Assembly: GCF_009914755.1 (NCBI RefSeq) | Contig: NC_060947.1 | Length of the DNA stretch: 64,000 nt | From: the human T2T-CHM13v2.0 reference genome, Homo sapiens | Direction: 5' to 3' (one strand) | Shown here: piece by piece, positions 45,369 through 64,000 of the stretch | How the letters are laid out: each line of letters starts with the position of its first letter | How positions within the stretch are numbered: the first letter of the stretch is position 1 | Notes under the pieces: model-generated | What the model was told of the DNA's origin: nothing | Database searches by the model: none | Seen by the model: only the letters and a program-made list of their open reading frames with translations | Position numbers and translations under genes: made by a program

Positions 45369-45504
45369 GCCATCAAAAGGCATCAGATCCCATCGCTCAG
45401 GACAATGCTTATGCTGATAAGGTAGCTAAAAAAGCAGCCATCAAAAGGCATCAGATCCCATCACTCAGGGCAATGCTTATGCTGATAAGGTAGCTAAAAA
45501 AGCA
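45369..45504 (+). repeat. 68-bp tandem duplication in HERV-H pol (RNase H end)
   Basis: 45369-45436 and 45437-45504 differ at 2 positions. Confidence 0.95.
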
Positions 45505-46911
45505 GCTAGCCTTCCAACTTTTATCCCTTACGGCAGTTTTTCTCCTTCTCATCTGGCCACTCCCACCTATTCCCCCACTGAAACTTCCACCTATCAATCT
45601 CTTCCCACAGAAGGGAAATGGTTCTTGGATCAAGGAAAATACCTCCTTCCAGCCTCACAGGTCCATTCTATTCTGTTGTCATTTCATAACCTCTTCCATG
45701 TAGGTTACAAGCCACTAGCCTGCCTCTTAGTATCTCTCATTTCCTTTCCATCATGGAAATCTGTCCTCAAGGAAATCACTTCTCAGTGTTCCATCTGCTA
45801 TTCTACCACTCCTCAGGAATTTCTCAGGCCCCCTCCCTTCCCTACACATCAAGCTCCGGGATTTGCCCCTGCCTAGGACTGGCAAATTGACTTTACTCAC
45901 ATGCCTGTGTCAGGAAACTAAAATACCTCTTGGTCTAGGTAGACATTTTCACTGGATGGGTAGAGGCCTTTTCCACAGGGTCTGAGAAGGCCACCACAGT
46001 CATTTCTTCCCTTCTGTCAGACATAATTCCTTGATTTGGCCTTCCCACCTCTATACAGTCTGATAATGGACCAGCCTTTATTAGTCAAATCACCCAAGCA
46101 GTTTCTCAGGCTCTTGGTATTCAGTGAACTAATGGTCTTTTAAAAACACACCTCACCAAGATCAGCCATGAACTTAAAAAGGACTGGACAATACTTTTAC
46201 CACTTTCCCTTCTCAGAATTTGCGCCTGTCCTTGGAATGCTGCAGGGTATAGCCCATTTGAGCTCCTGTATGGATGCTCCTTTTTATTAGGCCCAAGTCT
46301 CATTCCAGACACCAGACCAACTTGGACTGTGCCCCAAAAAACTTGTCATCCCTACTATCTTCTGTCTAGCCATACTCCTTTCACCATTCTCAAATACTCA
46401 TAAATGCCCTGCTCTTGCTTACACTGCCAGTTTACACTGTTTCTCCAAGCCATCACAGTTGATATCTCCTGGTGCTATCCCCAAACTGCCACTCTTAACT
46501 CTTAAAGTAAATAAATAATCTTTGTTGGCAGGGCTATGCTGAACCTCCTTAGGCACTCTCTAATTGGATGTCCTGGGTCCTCCCAATTCTTAGTCCTTTA
46601 ATACCTGTTTTTCTCCTTCTTTTATTCTGTTTAGTTTTTCAATTCATACAAAACCATATCCATGCCATCACCAATAATTCTATATGACAAATGTTTCTTC
46701 TAACAACCGCACAATATCACCCCTTACCACAAAATCTTCCTTCAGCTTAATCTCTCCCACTCTAGGTTCCCACCCTGCCCCTAATCCCGCTCAAAGCAGC
46801 CCTGAGAAACATCACCCATTATCTCTCCATACCACCCCCAAAAATTTTCACTGCCCCAACACTTTACCACTATTTCATTTTATTTTTCTTATTAATCTAA
46901 GAAGACAGGAA

Positions 46912-47312
46912 TGTCAGGCCTCTGAGCCCAAGCTAAGCCATCATATCCCCTGTGACCTGCACATATACATCCAGATGGCCTGAAGTAACTGAAGAATCAC
47001 AAAAGAAGTGAAAATGGCCTGTTCCTGCCTTAACTGATGATGTTACCTTGTGAAATTCCTTCGCCTGGCTCATCCTGGCTCAACAGCTCCCCCACTGAGC
47101 ACCTTGTGACCCCCACCCCTGCCCACCAGAGAACAACCCCCTTTGACTGTAATTTTTCTTTACCTACTCAAATCTTATAAAATGGCCCCACCCCTATCTC
47201 CCTCCACTGACTCTCTTTTCAGACTCAGCCTGCCTGCAGCCAGGTGAAATAAACAGCCTTGTTGCTCACACAAAGCCTGTTTGATGGTCTCTTCGCACAG
47301 ACGTGAGTGAAA
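46912..47312 (+). promoter_or_regulatory. HERV-H 3' LTR (uninterrupted, 401 bp)
   Basis: Homologous to the 5' LTR with about 30 differences by eye, many at CpG. Confidence 0.95.
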
Positions 47313-47614
47313 GTCATTATATTTTGCAATGTGAGAAGAACATGAGATCTGGGGGCTAGGGGTCGAATGATATGGTTTGGATATTTTTCCTCTCCAAATC
47401 TCATGTTGAAATGTAATCTCTAATGTTGGAAGTGAGCCGTGGTGGGAGGTGTTTTTGTCATAAGGGTGGATCCCTCATGAATGCCTTGATCCTATCCTCA
47501 CAATAATGAGTGTATTCTCACTCTGAGTTCATGTGACAACTGATTGTTTAAAATAGTATGGCACCTCCCCCCTCTATCTTGCTCCTGCTCTTGCTATGTG
47601 ACATGTTACTTCCA

Positions 47615-48038
47615 TGATATGGTTTGCATCTCTCTCCCCACCCAAATCTCATGTTCAATTGTAATCCCCAGTGTTAGAGGTGGGGCCTGGTGGGAGGTGA
47701 CTGTATTATGGGGGTAGATTTTTTATGAATGGTTTAGCTCCATACCCTTGGTGCTATTCTCATGATAGTGAGTTCTCACATAACCTGGTTGTTTGAAAGT
47801 GTGTAGCACCTCCCCCCAGCTCTCTCCTTTATTCCTCTTCCTGCCACCTTGCTCCTCCTTTGCCTTGCACCTCCTTTGCCTTGCACCATGATTGGAAGCT
47901 TCCTGAGGCCTCCCCAAAAGCAGAAGCCTTATGCATCCCGTACAGCCTGTAGAACCATGAGCATGTTAAACCTCTTTTCTTAATAAATTACCCAGTTTCA
48001 GGTATTTCTTTATAACAATATAAGAACAGACTAATACA
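47615..48038 (+). mobile_element. MSTA-like solo LTR inserted in the MSTB 3' LTR
   Basis: tgatatggtttg...ctaataca; flanks ttcca/tcctg fit a CpG-decayed TCCCG TSD; the host LTR resumes at 48039. Confidence 0.85.
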
Positions 48039-48848
48039 TCCTGCTTCACCTTCTGCCATGAGTAAAACCTCCCTGAGGCCTCACAAGAAGCTATGCAGAT
48101 GCCAGAACCATGCTTCCTGTACAGCCTGCAAAACCATGGCCAATTAAATCTCTTTTCTGTATAAATTACCAAGTCTCAGGTATTCCACTAAAGCAATGCA
48201 AATTGGCTAACACAGTATGTGATTAATATTTTCTATAATATACAATTTTTAAGAATAAGTGCATATATCTTCTTTTATAATAGCAAAACACAAGTGGAAG
48301 AAAAGCAAATGTATAGCAACAGGTGTACAAATAAATAAACTGTGGTAGAAGAGATTGCTAACAGCCTAAGGAACTGAGCAGAAATTTTTATACACTCATT
48401 GGGACTGTACAAAAAAAAATTCGAGTTTAGGTACTACCAATGTGAGTAAAGTGCTGGTAAATACTTTAGGATCTGAAATGATTGTAGAAATAAGAATGAA
48501 CAGGAAATATCCTATTCCTCACATGAACTTAATTAAGCTCAGATGGGAACTCTCTCAAACTATGATTGAATACATATAATCTATTTTATCTCTAAGCGTT
48601 ATCTAGTGCCCCTAGCTATTACATATAAAGAAATATAAACCCTCTCTGAATGAAGACAACATTATGCTTGGCCTCAAGTTATCTCTATAACTTATCATCT
48701 ACAGTGTTCAGCACTCAATAAATAAGGCATTTGAAGAAAAAGATGACATGATCAAATAGGAAGAAAAACAATAAATCATAGAAATAATCACAGAGTAAGG
48801 CAGACAAAAATATCAAGAATAAAACTCTGAGAGACAAAGGGATGAAGT

Positions 48849-49677
48849 CTTTTCTGGCTGGAACTGTGGAGGGTGTTGAAGAGAATAATAAGGTTCCTGC
48901 TGTGCCAGAAAGCTTTAAGGAAAAGGGAAGAAATTTCACAGAACTGAAGATCAAGCGCCTGAGAAAAGTTTCCCAAAAGATGCTTCTAAAGGCAAGGAGG
49001 AAGCTTATATATGAAAAAGCTAAGCACTATCACAAGTAATATAGGCAGATGTACAGAACTGAGATTTGAATGGCTAGGATGGCAAGAAAAGCTGGCAATG
49101 TCTACCAACCTGCAGAACCCAAATTGACACTTGTCATTAGGATCAGAGGTGTCAATGGTGTGAGCCCAAAGATCCAAAAGGTGTTGCAGTTTCTTCACCT
49201 TTGTCGGATCTTCAATTGAAACTTTGTTAAGTTCAACAGGGCTTCAATTAACATGCTGAAGACTGTAGAACCATATATTGCATAGGGGTACCCAAACCTG
49301 AAGTCAGTAAATAAACTAATCTACAAGTGTGGTTATGGCAAAATCACTAAGAAGCAAATTGCCTTGACAAATAACACTTTGATTGCTCGGTCTCTTGGTA
49401 AATATAGCATCATCTGCACAGCAAATCTGATTCATGAGATCTATACTCTCAGAAAATGCTTCAAAGAAGCAAATTGCTTCTTTTGGTCCTTCAAATTATT
49501 CTCTCTATGAGGTGGAATGAAGAAAAAGACCATCCATTTTGTAGAAAGTGGAGATGACCAACAGGAAAGAGCAGAGCAACAGGCCTATCAGATGGATGAA
49601 CTAAGGTGTCCACCACGATAGTTTCTGTAATCCAGTCAGTTAATAAACAGTGAATGCTTTCAAATTGAAAAAAAAAA
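48849..49677 (+). pseudogene. RPL7 processed pseudogene
   Basis: 5'TOP-like ctttt, start mutated to GTG (48866), translation VEGVEE..KVPAVPE...[16 protein letters not shown] matches RPL7, multiple stops and indels, stop 49602-49604, AATAAA 49642-49647, poly(A) 49668-49677. TSD not recognised. Confidence 0.93.
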
Positions 49678-51903
49678 TAATGTATCAAAAAGAGCAGCAA
49701 GATACATAGTGGACAGAGCAGGAAAAGTCTATGTATAATGTATATCCAAAAAGATAGAAGAAAAAGAAGAGGAGAGAAGCAGATTTGGAGAAAACAATGG
49801 TTAAGAATTGTCAAAATTAAAAGAAGATAAAAAGCCACAGATTAAAGAATCCCTACACAATTCAAGCAGGATAAATACATAATACCCACACCTAGACACA
49901 ACCAAGTAAAATGTTAAAATACTAAAGGCAAATAAAAAAATCTTTAAAATTAATAAAAATTTTTACCTTGAGCTTACTAATGAATTCCCATTGCAGCTGA
50001 GGAAAGAGAACAGAGGCTATCATAAAACTCTACCCAGATTTTTCTTTCCTATCTCACTAAAGAAACAAAATTTTTAATCTTAAGGAAGAAGGTTCCCAAA
50101 ACCATGGCCTATGGACACTGGTGGATATACACTGAAACTGAGGGAAGGGAACTGGAGAACAAAGTTCTACCTATGGAAGAGAACAGAAATATTTATGAAG
50201 GCCAACACTGTGATTCAGGTCTATAGTGCTTTGCAAAGACTTAGGCTTATTCACAACAATGAAGAATGCCCCCTTCCCTCCACCCCAAACACCACACTAA
50301 AATGCCCTGAGCCAAACTAACAGGGAAGCACAGCCGGGAGAACTACAAAACACAGAATTTTTCTGCAGTACAGCACAAAAGAAAAATCCAAAGGGAAAAA
50401 TAAGTTATCACTAGAAGGGAGAAAAAAAATGGTATCACTAGAAAAATTTGAAGTCTCCTGTTACCATAGCAATAACACACTTCAACTCTGGTAAATAGCA
50501 ACGACAAACTTTAAATGCAGACTAATTTCTAATTAATTAACAAAATGTGCCATACTAAAAGCATAGCAGAAGGAAATGTATTCTCCAAGCATAAAACATA
50601 CTTATTACAATATCTAGTGACCACTACAAATCTCCAGTTTTCACTAAAAAGTTATGAGGTACACCAAAGGCAAGAAAGACAGTCTGAAGAGACAAAGTAA
50701 AGATCAGAATGAGATTCAGATATGACACAGATGTTAGAACTATTGGAAGGCAAATTTAAAATAATTATGATTAAAAATAGGAGGAAGATGGCAGAATAGG
50801 AGGTCTCCAGGTCATGTGGTCCCACACAAATAATGATCTGGCAGCCATCTATGGACAAAACTGCCTTATGGAATCTTTCAGATCCGGGTAGAAGATTGGA
50901 AAACACTGGTGAAGCCCAAGCCTGAGAGCCACTTTGAGATGAAAACCCACACCCAAGAGTCAGGGTCACTAATGTGGTCCCAGCTGCAGACTAAAAGCAG
51001 CCGCATTTCCCTATAAATGTGGCTCCAGGCCCACTATCCCATAGCCTGGTGTCAGTTTTGCCCACAAAGGAAACCTGTGGAACACATGCCTGATCATGTC
51101 CCTAATAATAAGCCCACTAATTTCAGACCCAGCTGCAGTCACTGAGGCAGACCAGTGACCTGGCTCCAGCCCCCACTCTGCTGTGGTCTGGAAGCAGTAC
51201 TGCCAACCCTGAGACCCACTCAGGGACCCAGCAGGAGACCATTCAGGGACCCAGTGAGACCCATTTCTGCCCCAAGTAGAAGGCCTGCCATCTGCCCACT
51301 TGAGTGGAACAAAAAAGCAGCCCTGTGACTTGGCTCCAGCTCTGCTTAACCATGGTTCCAGAAATAGTCCTATTTGCCTCAGGATCCAACAGGAATAACA
51401 CACACCTATATTCCCACAACAGTCCTGCTTAGACCCAAATGTGGACCAGTAGCAGCCAATTGATCTGACTCCACCCTCACTCAGCTGCCATTCTGGAGTC
51501 AGTCCCATCAATCTGGGACCAGTGAGAAAATGTCTGTACTTGCTAAAACCAGTCTGCAAAGACACGGAGAGGTATTTGCTCCTTCAAGTGCAGAGACTGC
51601 ATAGATCACCAAAGAATCAGGTGAATAAGACACTACAAGAAGAAATTAGTAAAATTTTAGAAATCAATCTCAAATAAAGGAAGATTTACAAATTGACTAA
51701 CAAAGAAATCAAAACAATTGTTTCAAGAAAGCTCAGTGAACTACAATAGGACTTGAATAGACATTTTTTAAAAGAAGACATACAAATGGCTAACAGGTAT
51801 ATGAAAATGTGCTCAATATCACTAATCACCAGGGAAATGTAAATCAAAACAATAATGACAATATCAAATCTGTTAGAATGGCTATTATCAAAAAGACAAA
51901 AGA

Positions 51904-52198
51904 GGCTGGGCTTGGTGGCTCACACCTGTAATAGTAGCACTTTGGGAAGCCTGGGCAGGTGGATCACTTGAGGCCAGAAGTTCAAGACCAGCCTGGCCAA
52001 CACAGTGAAACCTCATCTCTACTAAAAATACAAAAATTAGCCAGGCATGGTGGTACAAGCCTGTAATCCCAGCTACTTGGGAGGCTGAGGCAGGAGAATC
52101 ACTGGAACCCAGGAGGCAGAGGTTGTAGTGAGCTAACACCACTGCACTCCAGCCTGGGTGACAGAGTGAAACTTCATCTCAGAAAATAAATAAATAAA
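51904..52198 (+). mobile_element. AluSx/Sz
   Basis: ggctgggcttggtggctcac...catctcagaaaataaataaataaa. Confidence 0.93.
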
Positions 52199-52480
52199 TG
52201 TGTTGGTGAAAATGTGGGGAAAGAGGAACCCTAGTATACTGTTGACAGGAGTATAAATTGGTACAGTCATTATGGAAAACAATATAGAGATTCCTCAAAA
52301 ACTTAAAAAGAGAACTACCATACTATCCATCATTTCCATTTCTGGATATATATACAAGGGAAATAAAATCAGTATCTTGAAGTGATATCAGCACCCCCTG
52401 GTCCATTGCAACATTATTCACAATAGCCAAAATATAGAAACAACCTAAGTGTTTGTCAAATAAATGGATTTCTAAAGTAT

Positions 52481-52521
52481 ACATACACACACACACACAA
52501 CACACACACACACACACACAC
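52481..52521. repeat. (CA)n microsatellite
   Basis: Direct read. Confidence 0.95.
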
Positions 52522-52674
52522 GGAATATTATCTAGCCTTAAAAAGAAGAAAATTCTGTCATTTGTGACAATGTAGATAAACTAGGAGGATATTACGTGAA
52601 GTGAAATAAGCCAGACACCAAAAGATAAATATTGCAATGTCTCCCTTATATGTGGATTCTAAAAAACTTGAGTT

Positions 52675-52960
52675 GGCTAGGTGTGGTGACTCATACATGT
52701 AATCCCAGAGTGTTGGGAGGCCAAGATGGAAGGATTGCTTAAGGAAAAAAGTAGGAGATCAGCCTAGACAACATAGCAAGACCTAGTCTCCATTAAAAAA
52801 AAAAAAATTGCTGGGCATGGTTGCACACACCCTGTAGTCCGAGCTGCTTGGGAGGGTGAGGCAGGAGGATTGCTTGAGCCAGGAGTTAAAGGTTGCAGTG
52901 AGTTATGATCATGCCACTGCACTCCCCATCTCTGAAATTTAAAAAATATATAAATAAACA
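52675..52960 (+). mobile_element. AluJ
   Basis: ggctaggtgtggtgactc...aggaggattgcttgagccaggagtt (J-type). Confidence 0.88.
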
Positions 52961-53964
52961 AACAAGTTTAACTCATGTAAGTAGCGATTAGAACACTGTT
53001 TGCCAAGAAATGCAATGTAAAAAAATGGAGAGCTGTAAGTAAAAGGGTACAAAAGTTTAGTCATGTGGGATAAATAAGTTCTAGGGATTTAATGTACAAC
53101 ATGGCGACTATAATACTATATAATAACTATAAAATACTGTATTATAGATTTGGAATTTGCTAAAAGAGTTGATCTTAAGTATTCATAGCACAAAAAATAA
53201 GAATGTGATGTATACTTCACATATTCAAGTATACTTCAATAAAGACAGAAAAAATAAACAGAAAAAATTCAATAAATCTACACATATATTATTATCATTA
53301 ATAAGAGGTTTAGTAAATTTGCTGAATAAAATTTATTATACATAAAATAGTCATAATATGCTGAAGACTCTAATGGAAAAGATAGAGGACATGCAAAATC
53401 AGGTAATTCTAACAGGGAAATCCAAAATATAATAAAGAATCAAATGAAAATTCAAGAAGGCAAAAATGCAATAACAAAAATAAAGAAGACTTTGCTAGAT
53501 ACCGGGAGACTTGAAACAGTTAAGGGAAAGAATCAGGTAACTTGAGAACAGGTAAACAGAAATGACAAAAACTGACACAGACATGGAAAAACTAGACTGT
53601 AAGAAACAGAACACTACATCCAAAAGCTGTTGGATAATACTGAATGGGCATAACATGTGTAATTGTAATCCCAGAAAAAAACAAAAAAAGAAAACATGAC
53701 AGAAAAAACATTTGAAAAAATAATGACAAAATAAAAACTGTGTCAGGCACAAAATCACAGATTGAAGAAGCACAGAGGACAAGCAGGGCAGATGTCAAGC
53801 AAACAAGCAAAAAATCCACCAAAACGTATCAAATTCAAACTAGTGAAATTCAAACAAAGGAAAATTATGAAAGCAGACAGACAAGAAATGTCATTACCTA
53901 CAGAACATGAGAATTACAGCAGAATTCTTATCAGAAATCCTACAGGCAAAAAGAAGGTAGAGGT

Positions 53965-64000
<10,036 letters not shown>

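Larger units (their letters stand above)
40763..47312 (+). mobile_element. HERV-H provirus, common internally deleted form (gag/pro/pol remnants, most of env lost)
   Basis: Two LTR7-family LTRs, His PBS, PPT aagaagacaggaa (46899-46911), RNase H motifs (WFIDGSS; IHCKGHQ), integrase remnants; TSD atcat/gtcat at 40758-40762 and 47313-47317. Confidence 0.96.
35037..48214 (+). mobile_element. MSTB-like MaLR provirus (5' LTR 35037-35458; internal 35459-35830, 39566-40762, 47313-47367; 3' LTR 47368-48214) hosting three nested insertions
   Basis: Two homologous LTRs (tga.atggtttggatattt...taacaca). The internal sequence is continuous once the insertions and their TSDs are removed. Outer TSD degenerate (aaatg/gtatg). 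Confidence 0.88.
50781..53200 (+). mobile_element. L1MA-like element: 5'UTR and ORF1 start joined near 51748 to ORF2 end and 3'UTR
   Basis: 5' end gaggaagatggcagaatagg; ORF1-like aagctcagtgaactacaa fused to ORF2-end ggacttgaatagacat...; L1MA 3'UTR. Confidence 0.6.
49680..53960 (+). mobile_element. Ancient L1M (MC/MD-like) 5'/ORF1 fragments (about 49680-50780 and 53345-53960) interrupted by an L1MA-like insert
   Basis: ORF1-like sequence ...aaaataattatgatt resumes as ...aatatgctgaagactctaatggaaaag after the insert. Confidence 0.6.

Noticed and set aside
42925-46320. Coding-competent HERV-H gag/pol
   Set aside because: Many stops and frameshifts, deletions in RT and integrase, and env largely absent.
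47854-47887. 16-bp tandem duplication in the MSTA LTR
   Set aside because: Real but a trivial slippage event with no evident consequence.

Overview
Primate (human-like) genomic DNA made almost entirely of retroelements, with no intact protein-coding or RNA gene. Roughly two-thirds is LINE-1 by my boundary estimates. The L1s include a young full-length L1PA2/3 (24378-30450, +), an older full-length L1PA7/8-like element (5412-11945, -), a further L1PA7/8-like element running off the right edge with a second L1 nested in its ORF1, and several truncated L1PA and ancient L1M fragments. The centre (35037-48214) is a MaLR (MSTB-like) provirus that received three later insertions: a full-length MAP2K4 processed pseudogene (- strand, 19-bp TSD), a deleted-type HERV-H provirus whose 5' LTR is split by an Alu, and an MSTA solo LTR. 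The window also holds an RPL7 processed pseudogene, a complete MLT1A MaLR element, MER4 and MER11 LTR pieces, a Tigger3a and several Alus. The content fits the MAP2K4P1 locus on Xq13 near CDX4/CHIC1; this is recalled knowledge, not verified here. I found no evidence for a wholly new biological system. The best leads are (i) the MAP2K4 retrocopy, which could yield a docking-site-only peptide or act as a miRNA decoy, has a candidate splice acceptor at its insertion junction and lies head-to-head with HERV-H, and (ii) several atypical L1 integration structures. Subfamily names come from recalled consensus sequences and boundaries of old elements are approximate.
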